From the NCBI GenBank assembly GCA_964370905.1, contig CAYJKK010000003.1:43118-107117 (forward strand): a stretch of DNA of 64,000 nucleotides. Direction: 5' to 3'. The position numbers were made by a program, and so were the translations under genes. The notes under the pieces are model-generated. The model was not told where the DNA came from. It was given only the letters and a program-made list of their open reading frames with translations, and made no database searches. Position 1 is the first letter of the stretch, and every line of letters begins with the position of its first letter. The DNA comes from an uncultured Clostridium sp. (lineage in GTDB: Bacteria > Bacillota > Clostridia > TANB77 > CAG-508). Below are positions 10,432-19,951 of the stretch, piece after piece.

Positions 10432-11067
10432 ATGAATAAACATTTAATAAGTAATGATGAAAAAGCAATGGATGAAATTTTAAATTCTACAAAAGATTTA
10501 GGTACTAATATCTGGGAATCCAATATCGATGCATTTTTAGATCCTGGTTTATTAAAAGATATACCTATTATAAGCACACTGATAAGTTTTTATAAAACTG
10601 GAGTTTCAATACATGATGCAATATTTATGAGAAAATTAACAATTTTTATACATGAATTAAAAGATTTAGATGAAAGACAAAAATCAAAATTTTGGAAAAT
10701 CTACCAGAAAGATGATAAAGGATTTGCAGGAAGAATATTTGAAATATTAGATAAAATTGATGATTCTGAAAAATGTAGATTAGAAGCAAATATTTTCAAA
10801 CATTATTATAATGGAAATATAGATATAGAAACATTTAAAAAATATAGTTATTCTCTATTAAGAATAGATATGTATGATTTGAATAAAGGCTATACTATAT
10901 TACAAAAAAATTTAAATCTTGAGCAAAAAAACGAAATAATTTTAGAAAATGGTATTGGTCAAGCTTATTTAAGTGTAGGTATGGCTAATATAAGAACTTG
11001 TTGGGAAAGTTGTGGTTTTTCATTTAATGAGGATGGTAAAAAATTTCTACAATGTATTTTTAACTGA
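10432..11067 (+). CDS. hypothetical protein inserted between the two methyltransferase genes of the DpnII-like cassette
   Basis: ORF track, 211 aa. GGAGG SD upstream of the ATG. No family recognised. Confidence 0.6.
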   Translation: MNKHLISNDEKAMDEILNSTKDLGTNIWESNIDAFLDPGLLKDIPIISTLISFYKTGVSIHDAIFMRKLTIFIHELKDLDERQKSKFWKIYQKDDKGFAGRIFEILDKIDDSEKCRLEANIFKHYYNGNIDIETFKKYSYSLLRIDMYDLNKGYTILQKNLNLEQKNEIILENGIGQAYLSVGMANIRTCWESCGFSFNEDGKKFLQCIFN

Positions 11068-11080
11068 AATTTATAATTGA

Positions 11081-11848
11081 ATGAGGGTGATAAATATTAA
11101 GTACTATTTTAATTGTGAAAATTTTAAATTAATACATAATGATACATTTAAAGTATTAAAAAAGTTTGAAGATAAAAGTATAAATATGATATTTGCAGAC
11201 CCACCATACTTCTTGTCTAACAATGGAATCACTTGTAGTGGTGGTAAAATGGTTAGTGTAAATAAAGGTAACTGGGACAAGCAACATAGTTTAAAAGAAA
11301 AACATAAATTTAATAAAAAGTGGATTAAAGAATGTTATAGGATATTAGATGATAATGGAACTATTTGGATAAGTGGTACACTCCATAATATTTATTCTGT
11401 AGGTATGGCACTTGAAGAAGAAGGGTTTAAAATATTAAACAATATTACTTGGCAAAAAACTAATCCCCCACCTAATCTAGCTTGTAAGACATTTACGCAT
11501 TCAACTGAAACTGTATTATGGGCTAAAAAAGATTTAAAAAAAGTTAAATATACTTTTAATTATAATATTATGAAAGAACTAAACAATGGTAAACAAATGA
11601 AAGATGTTTGGACAACTTCTTTGACTAAACCGTCTGAAAAAAAGGAAGGAAAACATCCTACTCAAAAACCTTTAGAACTATTAGAAAAAATAATAATTGC
11701 AAGTACTAATGAAAATGATTTAATATTAGATCCATTTAATGGTAGTGGTACAACTGGTATTGCTGCAAATAAATTAAATAGACGATATATTGGAATTGAT
11801 AATGAAAAAGAATATTTGGATTTAACCATAAAGAGGTTAAAACAATAA
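11081..11848 (+). CDS. beta-class N6-adenine DNA methyltransferase (DpnA-like second methylase)
   Basis: N-terminal FADPPYF (motif IV) and C-terminal ILDPFNGSGTTG (motif I). 255 aa, at the DpnA position of a DpnII-type cassette. Confidence 0.85.
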   Translation: MRVINIKYYFNCENFKLIHNDTFKVLKKFEDKSINMIFADPPYFLSNNGITCSGGKMVSVNKGNWDKQHSLKEKHKFNKKWIKECYRILDDNGTIWISGTLHNIYSVGMALEEEGFKILNNITWQKTNPPPNLACKTFTHSTETVLWAKKDLKKVKYTFNYNIMKELNNGKQMKDVWTTSLTKPSEKKEGKHPTQKPLELLEKIIIASTNENDLILDPFNGSGTTGIAANKLNRRYIGIDNEKEYLDLTIKRLKQ

Positions 11849-11919
11849 ATAATTATACAAATTTTATTATAGATATAATTTAAAAATAAAATATCTGATA
11901 AGAAGGAAGGAGGCATTAA

Positions 11920-12321
11920 ATGAAAAATATTACAATAGCTGGAAAAGAATGTATTTTCTATGAGAATAACTTAAATAATGATAATCTAGTTTTGATTAAA
12001 TATGATAATAAGCAAGTTACAACAAAACAACTTAAATTAAATTTAGACAATATTATTGAGTTCATATCACATACGCTAACTATAGGCTCTATTATAGATA
12101 GTGAACTAGACAAATACAAAACTGCATTAACTGTACTTAAATCCTTAAGATTGATCTTTAATAAAGTCAACCACCCTATTAAACCGCCATCAAAAACAGA
12201 TGTCAAAACTACTATCGATGTTATAACTGAAATATCTTTAGCAAATGAAAAAGATGAAAAGATTAGAAACTCTATTAAAATAACAAGTATTTTCACCCAA
12301 TTCATGATAGGTAACGACTAA
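11920..12321 (+). CDS. hypothetical protein between methylase and endonuclease genes
   Basis: ORF track, 133 aa. GGAAGGAGG SD. No family recognised. Confidence 0.5.
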   Translation: MKNITIAGKECIFYENNLNNDNLVLIKYDNKQVTTKQLKLNLDNIIEFISHTLTIGSIIDSELDKYKTALTVLKSLRLIFNKVNHPIKPPSKTDVKTTIDVITEISLANEKDEKIRNSIKITSIFTQFMIGND

Positions 12322-12394
12322 TATAAATTTAATAATTTTTAAAAAATAAGAACTAAAATTAAAATATTAAAAGTAATAAGGAGATATACATATA

Positions 12395-13303
12395 ATGAAA
12401 TATATAGATAAATACAGATCAATGGAAATATTTTCAGAAAATGATGCATTTGAACATTTAACATCAACTTTAAAGGACACAATTAGAACTTACGATTTCT
12501 TTGTAGCTTGGAGCAAAGTACTTGGAAATGTAACAAAAATTGAAATAGCTCTAAATATCTTAAACACTCTTATCGGAAAAGAGAATATTGAATCCAACTT
12601 AAAATCTTTAATTAAAGATTATCCTGAAATAGTACCAGTAATTCCAATTTTAATCGCTGTACGTGGGAAAAGCATTAAAATTGCTGATATAGGCGGCGAT
12701 ATTGAATATTCTTTTTCAAACAAAAAAGAATATTCTGATGAAGAGATTGACAAAATAGTTTACTTTTCAAAAAAATGTGGTTTACTCAAAATATTATCTG
12801 ATAAAAATATTAAAAATCTTGTAGACTATGCTATCGGCGTTGAAGTTGGGCTTGATACTAATGCTCGTAAAAATCGTAGTGGTGATTCTATGGAAAACTT
12901 AATAGAAGTTTACATTAAAGCAATATGCACTAAACATAATTATAAATATATTGCACAAGCTAGTGCAAATAAAATTAAAGAAATTTTTGGAAAAGATGTA
13001 GTAACAGATAAATCAGACAGAATTTTTGATTTTGCTATTGATACTGGTAATATGTTATATCTTACTGAAGTTAACTACTATGCTGGAGGTGGTTCTAAAT
13101 TAAAATCCGTTTCTGGTGAATTTACCAACCTTTACACACTAGCTAAAAATAATACAACAGGATTTATTTGGGTAACAGATGGTGAAGGTTGGCTAACAGC
13201 AAAACGCCCCTTAAGAGAAACTTTTGACCATACAGACTACGTTATGAATATTAATATGATTGAACAAGGATTGCTTGAGGACATTTTGTCTAAAGGATTA
13301 TAG
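12395..13303 (+). CDS. DpnII/MboI-family type II restriction endonuclease (GATC)
   Basis: Collinear with my recollection of S. pneumoniae DpnII: KIEIALNILNTLIGKENI, YPEIVPVIPILIA, LVDYAIGVEVGLDTNARKNRSGDSMENL, FDFAI...LYLTEVNYYAGGGSKL, WVTDGEGWLTAKRPLRETFD. Confidence 0.85.
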   Translation: MKYIDKYRSMEIFSENDAFEHLTSTLKDTIRTYDFFVAWSKVLGNVTKIEIALNILNTLIGKENIESNLKSLIKDYPEIVPVIPILIAVRGKSIKIADIGGDIEYSFSNKKEYSDEEIDKIVYFSKKCGLLKILSDKNIKNLVDYAIGVEVGLDTNARKNRSGDSMENLIEVYIKAICTKHNYKYIAQASANKIKEIFGKDVVTDKSDRIFDFAIDTGNMLYLTEVNYYAGGGSKLKSVSGEFTNLYTLAKNNTTGFIWVTDGEGWLTAKRPLRETFDHTDYVMNINMIEQGLLEDILSKGL

Positions 13304-13453
13304 TATATCGATAATTAATTACTATGTATTTAATGAATAGTAAAAACGAATTTTTATACCAAAATAACATTTTTTTGCGTTAGAACTCTGAAAATTATTG
13401 TTATACAAAATTTACTTAAGTAATATTTTTCGACAACTTTTTCATAAATACTT

Positions 13454-13462
13454 TGATATAAT
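13454..13462 (+). promoter_or_regulatory. possible extended -10 element (TGATATAAT) for the orphan methyltransferase
   Basis: TG-N-TATAAT about 28 nt upstream of the TTG start at 13490. No clear -35. Confidence 0.3.
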
Positions 13463-13489
13463 ACCTCTTTATAGAAAGGAGGTATTATT

Positions 13490-14215
13490 TTGATCTTTGA
13501 ACCTCAAAATTTCAAATTAGAAACAAATACTATTTGGTCTTTTAAAGACAGAGGCACTTGGGCAACACACAGTGGAAATTATCGTGGTAACTGCTCTCCA
13601 TATATTCCTAGAAATTTAATTTTAAAATATACCAATGAAAATGATATTATTTTAGACCCATTTTGTGGTAGTGGTACAACACTAATCGAATCTAAATTAT
13701 TAAAAAGACATAGTGTAGGAATTGATATAAATGAAAATACTCTTAAATTGACAAATGACAGAATTAACTTTAATTATAATAATTATTATTGTCCTAAATT
13801 AATAAAGGCTAATTCTTGCAATTTAACGCAAATTATAACTAATAATAGAGTAGACTTTATATTTGCTCATCCCCCCTATGCTGATATTATAAAATATAGT
13901 GATAATCTTGAAGATGATATATCTTTATTATCTGTAAATGATTTTTTAATTCAAATGGAATTTTTTTCAAAAGAATGCTTTAGAATCTTAAAACCTAATA
14001 AATATTGTGCTGTTTTAATCGGAGATATTAGAAAAAATACTAATATCATTCCACTTGGCTCACTTATTATGAATATATTTATGAAATCTGGTTTTACCCT
14101 TAAAGAAATTATTATAAAAGAACAACATAATTGCAAAATGACACCATATTGGCAAAAGAAAAGAACAAGCTTTTATTTGCTTGCTCATGAGTATATTTAT
14201 ATTTTTAAAAATTAA
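13490..14215 (+). CDS. putative DNA (N6-adenine/N4-cytosine) methyltransferase, no cognate endonuclease seen
   Basis: ILDPFCGSGTT (motif I) followed by FAHPPYADII (motif IV-like). 241 aa. Confidence 0.65.
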   Translation: MIFEPQNFKLETNTIWSFKDRGTWATHSGNYRGNCSPYIPRNLILKYTNENDIILDPFCGSGTTLIESKLLKRHSVGIDINENTLKLTNDRINFNYNNYYCPKLIKANSCNLTQIITNNRVDFIFAHPPYADIIKYSDNLEDDISLLSVNDFLIQMEFFSKECFRILKPNKYCAVLIGDIRKNTNIIPLGSLIMNIFMKSGFTLKEIIIKEQHNCKMTPYWQKKRTSFYLLAHEYIYIFKN

Positions 14216-14307
14216 TTTATCAAACTGTATATCTGGTCAATTTTCATTTATCTATTTTTAAATTTTCCATTTATCCATACTCTACTCTTTCTAAATATAA
14301 ATATCGA

Positions 14308-14391
14308 TTATACCTTTTCTATGCACATTAAAAAACTTTCAAATCTTTCTACTTCATATAGTAAAGGTATAATCTTTTTATTATTTACCAT
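14308..14391 (-). CDS. possible 27-aa small ORF
   Basis: AGGAGGTGA SD 6 nt before ATG 14391-14389, giving MVNNKKIIPLLYEVERFESFLMCIEKV*. The longer ORF-track version (14308..14577) has no SD. Confidence 0.3.
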   Translation of the reverse strand: MVNNKKIIPLLYEVERFESFLMCIEKV

Positions 14392-14600
14392 TATATCACC
14401 TCCTTGATTAACTGGTAACTTCTTAATTAAAGTTAGGATTCCAATTTTTACAATTATTGGTATTGTTATTTCTGGACAAATAATTAAAAGTAGCATAAGA
14501 ATTAAACTTATACAAAGTTTTTTTAATGTATCGCTGGTACAAAGGCCATATTCCCTTGCATTAATATTATAACACAAATTTTATTATTTACAATATTTTT

Positions 14601-14927
14601 TTACAACATCCCCAACGCTTTCAAATGATTAATAGCTTCATTACCACCTTTAAAAAACATTTCTCTATTAATAATAGCTTCTAACTCTCCCCTTAAAATA
14701 TTAATCTTAATTAAAGTTTGGATTTCTTCTTCATCCAAAGGTTGTTGCATATTATCTTCTAAAACTTCCCTAACTTTGGGATAATCTTTCTTTAATAATT
14801 CCATCTCACTAGATACTTTAAGATATCCTGGATTTCTCTCTTTCATTTCATAAATAAACCTATTTATATATTCTTCAAATTCATCTGCATATTCTGTATA
14901 AAATGTTTTTTCTATATTTTTACTCAT
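14601..14927 (-). CDS. hypothetical protein of the element backbone
   Basis: ORF track. I prefer the start MSKNIEK (14927), 7 nt after GAGGAGGAG. Adjacent to tnpV. Confidence 0.6.
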   Translation of the reverse strand: MSKNIEKTFYTEYADEFEEYINRFIYEMKERNPGYLKVSSEMELLKKDYPKVREVLEDNMQQPLDEEEIQTLIKINILRGELEAIINREMFFKGGNEAINHLKALGML

Positions 14928-14944
14928 TTTCTTTCTCCTCCTCA

Positions 14945-15295
14945 TTATTCATAGATACATTCACTAATTGCTAGTTCTTCTGCTCTATTTTTTATATTAT
15001 TCATTCTTCTAACCCATTCCATTTGATCTTTTTGTTTTAATTCTTCTGTTAAATTCTCTTGTAACTTCAAGTGATTTATATAATAATTCATTCTTTCTAT
15101 GCACCTATTATTTAAATCATATAAATACGAATTAAGTGTTCCACTCATTAATAATTCTTGATACAAGATATTATCATTTTGTCTAATATAATTTAATCTC
15201 ACTAATCCATATTTTCCAATATTCTTTTGTTTTCTATCTTTTAACTTTAACAATGGTTTTAAATAATCTGATATTTTTTCATAATTTATTTTCAT
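14945..15295 (-). CDS. tnpV: TnpV-family transposon-encoded protein
   Basis: GKYGLVRLNYIRQN..LYQELLMSGTLNSYL...KDQMEWVRRMNNIKNRAEE, as in TnpV of Tn4451-type elements. The start may be 15313 (GTG) or 15295 (ATG after AAAGGAAAG). Confidence 0.75.
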   Translation of the reverse strand: MKINYEKISDYLKPLLKLKDRKQKNIGKYGLVRLNYIRQNDNILYQELLMSGTLNSYLYDLNNRCIERMNYYINHLKLQENLTEELKQKDQMEWVRRMNNIKNRAEELAISECIYE

Positions 15296-15446
15296 TTCAA
15301 TCTTTCCTTTCACATTAACGGGGATTGGGGTGTCCCCACATTAGAATTTGGTGGCAGGTGTACAAATTCAATGCTTGTTATTACAAATAATTTATTAATA
15401 TTCCCCTTATCTATGTTAGTAATTTCTTCATAATTTAAATCGTTTG

Positions 15447-16298
15447 CTAACATTCCACATTACAATATAACTTGTTTAAAACACTTTCATCATAACTTCT
15501 GCTATCAAAACTAGATTCTTTTTTATTTACTTTGTTATAGCTATTTCCTAAATTGTTATACAATGTGCTAACTAAATAACTATTAAGATTTTTAATATTA
15601 CTATTTGATTTAATTACATCAACTAGATGTATTAAATTATCCTTTGTTATTAATTTTAATTTATCTTTTATTTCAGTTTGTGAAACTGTTAATCCATTTA
15701 TTTTTAAAATAGCTGAATTATATAACTTGTTTATTACATCATTTAATATACATTTCTCTTTATTTTCAAAATCATTTAAATTACATTTTAACCTAACTTC
15801 TTCTATCGTGATATTTTCACGATGAGGATTTATATTATCAGTATTTATAATATTAGTATTATTTGTGTGTAAATTTGACATATCTAAAACTCCATCTTCT
15901 TCATATAAAGAACTAACATCTTTACATATTTGTTTAATACGTCTCATTTTACCTATATAAATCAAATTAGGTTTACCTTGACCTTGTTTCTTCTCCATAA
16001 TTAATTTTGCTTTAATTAGCTCTTTAAATGCTTTTATTATTGTCTTATATGATACCCTTAACATCTTTGCTGCTTTTTCTCTTGTGTATATTAAATATAT
16101 TCTGTTATTACTATCAGTCCAATTGTTTTTTAATGATAAATTAAATCTGTTTGTTAAAAATGCATATAACATTTTTGCTTCTAGTGATAATTCATCCATA
16201 TATAATGGATTTATAAATAACTCTTGTGGTACTGGATAATATGAATATGATATTACATCACTTATTTTATAAAATTCTATTTCTTCTATATCTTTCAT
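15447..16298 (-). CDS. replication initiator A (RepA_N) family protein
   Basis: N-terminal YYPVPQELFINPLY..LSLEAKMLYAFLTNRFNLS..NWTD..NRIYLIYTREKAAKML, typical of RepA_N in Firmicutes plasmids and ICEs. Confidence 0.8.
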   Translation of the reverse strand: MKDIEEIEFYKISDVISYSYYPVPQELFINPLYMDELSLEAKMLYAFLTNRFNLSLKNNWTDSNNRIYLIYTREKAAKMLRVSYKTIIKAFKELIKAKLIMEKKQGQGKPNLIYIGKMRRIKQICKDVSSLYEEDGVLDMSNLHTNNTNIINTDNINPHRENITIEEVRLKCNLNDFENKEKCILNDVINKLYNSAILKINGLTVSQTEIKDKLKLITKDNLIHLVDVIKSNSNIKNLNSYLVSTLYNNLGNSYNKVNKKESSFDSRSYDESVLNKLYCNVEC

Positions 16299-16520
16299 TT
16301 CTTACTCCCATCTAATTTTATGGAATAAAAATTCTATAAATTTTCTATACAATTTTTTAAGCTTGTATTTTTTTCTATACAAACAATTCTATACAAAAAC
16401 TGCTAATTTGAGTAAAACTTATTAAAACTGAAACCATAAAAAAGCACTAGCTAATTCCTTAGCTAATGCTCTTTTTACGTTTTCTCATTTTTCTACAATT
16501 CTGTAAGAATTGCTTCAAAG

Positions 16521-16533
16521 TGGTCGAGGAGAC
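16521..16533. repeat. putative att core, right copy (TGGTCGAGGAGAC), within the tRNA-Pro 3' end
   Basis: See 4768-4780. Confidence 0.5.
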
Positions 16534-16597
16534 AGGGATCGAACCTGCGACCTCATGGTCCCAAACCACGCGCGCTACCAACTGCGCTACTCCTCGA
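16521..16597 (-). tRNA. tRNA-Pro (anticodon UGG)
   Basis: Hand-folded cloverleaf of the reverse complement: TCGAGGA/TCCTCGA acceptor, anticodon stem CGTGG/CCATG, loop TTTGGGA, TTCGATC T-loop, encoded CCA. Confidence 0.9.
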
Positions 16598-16707
16598 TAT
16601 CTTCTATTTAAACGCTTATATATAATAACATAAAATTTATGATATTGCAATAAATTTTCTAAAAAAACTTGAATTTTTTTTATTTTCAAGTTATAATGTA
16701 TTAATCT

Positions 16708-16784
<77 letters not shown>

Positions 16785-16785
16785 A

Positions 16786-16815
16786 ACTCAACCATTTAGG
16801 TTGAGTTTTTGTTTT
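16786..16815 (+). terminator. rho-independent terminator after tRNA-Arg
   Basis: ACTCAACC-attta-GGTTGAGT followed by TTTTTGTTTT. Confidence 0.7.
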
Positions 16816-16915
16816 ATTTCTTTATTTCTTTATTTATTTTCTTTTTTGCTTTATTTTAGTTTTTTCTTATTTATTTTATTCTATTCTATCTTTCCAAAAA
16901 AATGACATATAAATC

Positions 16916-16944
16916 TTGAAATTTAATTTAACTTATGATATATT
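16916..16944 (+). promoter_or_regulatory. candidate sigma-A promoter for the nuclease gene
   Basis: TTGAAA, a 17-nt spacer, then TATATT. About 24 nt upstream of the SD-preceded ATG at 16968. Confidence 0.4.
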
Positions 16945-16967
16945 CATTTTATACTAAGGGGGAAATC

Positions 16968-17699
16968 ATGTCTAGAAAAAAACAAAAGAATACAAATATA
17001 AATAAAATCATATCAATTATAGTGTTAGTGCTTTCAGCATTTGCCACTTTATATATTAACAATATACAACCAAGTCAAATAGTAAATGCTTTATATACAC
17101 AACCAAATTCATATAGTTCACTTAAAGATATACCTGAATATTCTGGATCTCCATATGTAGTTTTAAATGGAAATATACCAGAATTTGAAGAAAAAAGTTA
17201 TCAAGTATTTGAATCATATAGTGATTTAGACTACTTAGGAAGATGTGGAGTTGCATTTGCTAATCTTGGAATAGAAACTATGCCTACAGAAGATAGAGAA
17301 TCAATTAGTCATATAAAACCTACTGGATGGCAATCAGTACAATATGATGTAGTGGATGGAAAATATCTATATAATAGATGTCATTTGATAGGTTTTCAAC
17401 TATCAAGTGAAAATGCAAATGATAAAAACTTAATTACAGGAACTAGATATTTTAATGTTGATGGAATGTTACCTTTTGAAAATCAGGTAGCAGAATATAT
17501 TGAAGAAACTAATAATCATGTTCTATATCGTGTAACACCTATATATGAAGGTAATGACTTAGTGGCTCAAGGTGTTCAAATAGAAGCTAAATCTCTAGAA
17601 GATAATGGTAGTGGAGTATTATTTAATGTATATGTATATAACATTCAACCAGATATTATTATAAATTATTCAGATGGTTCTTCATCTTTAAATATTTAA
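16968..17699 (+). CDS. secreted or membrane-anchored DNA/RNA non-specific endonuclease (EndA/DNA-entry-nuclease-like)
   Basis: N-terminal signal anchor, then LGRCGVAFANLG...YNRCHLIGFQLSSENANDKNLITGTRYFNV. Start chosen at the ATG after AAGGGGG (the ORF track begins at 16935). Confidence 0.8.
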   Translation: MSRKKQKNTNINKIISIIVLVLSAFATLYINNIQPSQIVNALYTQPNSYSSLKDIPEYSGSPYVVLNGNIPEFEEKSYQVFESYSDLDYLGRCGVAFANLGIETMPTEDRESISHIKPTGWQSVQYDVVDGKYLYNRCHLIGFQLSSENANDKNLITGTRYFNVDGMLPFENQVAEYIEETNNHVLYRVTPIYEGNDLVAQGVQIEAKSLEDNGSGVLFNVYVYNIQPDIIINYSDGSSSLNI

Positions 17700-17701
17700 A
17701 A

Positions 17702-17728
17702 AGCAGGAATTCCCTGCTTTTTTTATTT
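17702..17728 (+). terminator. rho-independent terminator after the nuclease gene
   Basis: AGCAGG-aattc-CCTGCT followed by a T-run. Confidence 0.6.
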
Positions 17729-18385
17729 TTGTTCTTCAATTAAACCTTTTTTCATTTTATATACTGTATCTGCATATTTAGAAACATTTTTAGAATGTGT
17801 AACTATTATAACTATTTTGCCGCTTTGCGCCATTTCTTTAAATAGATTCATAACCTTTTTTTCTGTATCTTCATCTAAATTTCCTGTTGGCTCATCTGCT
17901 ACAATTATAGGTACTTCACTTGCTAAACTTCTTGCTATAGCTGTTCTTTGTTGCTCTCCACCTGATAATTTCAATACTAGTCTATCTGCTTTTTCTTTAT
18001 CTATTCCAACTTTTTCTAATACTTTATATGTATAATCTTTTTCTTTTTTAACTTTTGAAAAGTCAACTGCAACATCTACATTTTCTTTTGCTGTCATATA
18101 TGTTATTAAATTATATGCTTGAAAAACAATATTAACATATTTTAGTCTAAATTCATTATACCCTATATTTTTAATACTTTTTCCATTATATATTATATCA
18201 CCCTCTTGTAATTTTTCTAATGCTGATAATATAGATATTAATGTAGTTTTTCCACTTCCTGACTCTCCAATAATAGAGTACATTTTTCCACTTTCAAATT
18301 CTATATTTATACCTTTTAAAACAGTATTTTTTTTGCTACCATCTTGATATACGTATTTTAAATCTTTTACTTCTAATTTATTCAT
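17723..18385 (-). CDS. ABC transporter ATP-binding protein (MacB/FtsE-like)
   Basis: Walker A GESGSGKTT, signature LSGGEQQR, Walker B IIVADEPT. Confidence 0.9.
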   Translation of the reverse strand: MNKLEVKDLKYVYQDGSKKNTVLKGINIEFESGKMYSIIGESGSGKTTLISILSALEKLQEGDIIYNGKSIKNIGYNEFRLKYVNIVFQAYNLITYMTAKENVDVAVDFSKVKKEKDYTYKVLEKVGIDKEKADRLVLKLSGGEQQRTAIARSLASEVPIIVADEPTGNLDEDTEKKVMNLFKEMAQSGKIVIIVTHSKNVSKYADTVYKMKKGLIEEQK

Positions 18386-18387
18386 AA

Positions 18388-19836
18388 TTATTCCCTCCCT
18401 GTTAATATTGTTTTAGGTTCATATTTCATAATATTAACAGTTGGAATTATCATAGCAATAAATGAAATTAAATAACCTATAACAAATAAAATTAGATACT
18501 CTTGAACACTTATGCTAACATCAATTTCATCTATAGCTTCTGTTTCTTCTGTTTCTTGAGATTGCATCCCAGGTCTCATATTTCCCGATTGCATTCCTGA
18601 TGTAGGTCTTCCAAAGTTTTCTTCTGATTGTTCCTCACTCATTTCTATTTGGTCATTTAATAATCCTTCTGATAAAGAATTAGCTAAAAATTGGCTAGTT
18701 CCTATTGATAATACAAAACCTATTGTTGCTACAATAATTAATTCTAAACAAATTTGTCCTATTATATTACTTTTTGGTGCTCCTAATGACATTAATACAC
18801 CCATTTCATATTTTCTACTTTTTATACTATTATTTATAATTAACGCTATAATTAGTACTGCTGCTATAATAACTGCCCACAATATAATTCCTGCAAAACT
18901 TCCAACTTGCTCTATTGGCCCTATCATCTGATCATATGCAGAAGAATCAATATCTAAAATTAATCCTAATTCTTCAAAATCATATTTTTTATTCACTTCT
19001 TCTATAAATATTTCACTATTTTCATGATTATTTAATGTAAATACTACATCACTTACACTATAATCCCCATCATTATATGTTTCTTCATCTAATAATATAG
19101 CTGCTGATTCTACATTCATATATATATTGTTTTCATATCCACTTGAGTTTGCTGTAAAAATACCTCTTACTGTATACTCTACAATATCTTCTGAATCACT
19201 TTTTTGTAACTGTATTGTATCTCCTACATTTATTCCATTTAACTCTGATAATTCATATGAAATTAAAATTTCATTATCGGTAGTTTCGTCAAAATATTCT
19301 CCATCTGATATTTCAAATGTATTACTTTCTACTTCTGGTATGAATGCATATGAGTTAATTCCCATTATATTAAGTCTATTAGTAGCGCCCATTCCTCCTG
19401 ACATCATTCCTCCTGTTGGCCTATTAGATGTCACTTCACTTTCATATAACTCAAATTCAATAGGCTCTGCGAAAGCTGTTAAACTATATGTAAAATCCTT
19501 TACATATTCAGAACTTCCTATATCCATAACCATATTCATTGTACTTTCTGGTCTTAACATTGACTCTATTTTGGAACTCATATCTTGCATATCCATAGAG
19601 CTATCTATTTGCTCCCTATTCATTGAACCTTTTACTTGTTCCATGTCTGTATTTAAAAATACTTCACTTCCCAAAGATTCTTTTGCATACTCCATACTCT
19701 CTTCAACTGAGTTTGAAATAGCAAGTGATGCTATTACTAAATTAGCCATAATAAACATTATAATTAGTAATACTATTGATTTACTTGGTTTTCTTATTAT
19801 ATTTAGCCAAGTTCTTTTGCACATATTTTTTAACAT
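18388..19836 (-). CDS. ABC transporter permease, FtsX-like (MacB-type, large extracytoplasmic domain)
   Basis: N-terminal TM, about 280-aa extracellular region and a C-terminal 3-TM FtsX block. 2-nt gap to the ATPase gene. Confidence 0.8.
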   Translation of the reverse strand: MLKNMCKRTWLNIIRKPSKSIVLLIIMFIMANLVIASLAISNSVEESMEYAKESLGSEVFLNTDMEQVKGSMNREQIDSSMDMQDMSSKIESMLRPESTMNMVMDIGSSEYVKDFTYSLTAFAEPIEFELYESEVTSNRPTGGMMSGGMGATNRLNIMGINSYAFIPEVESNTFEISDGEYFDETTDNEILISYELSELNGINVGDTIQLQKSDSEDIVEYTVRGIFTANSSGYENNIYMNVESAAILLDEETYNDGDYSVSDVVFTLNNHENSEIFIEEVNKKYDFEELGLILDIDSSAYDQMIGPIEQVGSFAGIILWAVIIAAVLIIALIINNSIKSRKYEMGVLMSLGAPKSNIIGQICLELIIVATIGFVLSIGTSQFLANSLSEGLLNDQIEMSEEQSEENFGRPTSGMQSGNMRPGMQSQETEETEAIDEIDVSISVQEYLILFVIGYLISFIAMIIPTVNIMKYEPKTILTGRE

Positions 19837-19951
19837 AATATGCCTCCTTTCAAAATGTATTTTAATTATACTTAATTTATCTTTAATGAATCTTAAATTA
19901 TTTTAGTATTTTTATAAAAAAGCAAGAGTCATTAAAACTCTTGCTTTCCTT

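Larger units (their letters stand above)
4768..16533. mobile_element. about 11.8-kb integrative element inserted at the 3' end of tRNA-Pro(UGG), with defence cargo
   Basis: Bounded by the 13-bp direct repeat. Contains a tyrosine integrase, Xis-like HTH, TnpV and a RepA_N initiator. Cargo is AIPR, a DpnII-like R-M cassette and an extra MTase. Confidence 0.6.

Noticed and set aside
13460-13486. 8-bp hairpin (AATACCTC / GAGGTATT) that would sequester the SD of the orphan methyltransferase
   Set aside because: Its left arm overlaps the predicted -10 box. It would therefore lie upstream of the transcription start and not be part of the mRNA, so the two predictions conflict. I kept only the promoter, at low confidence.
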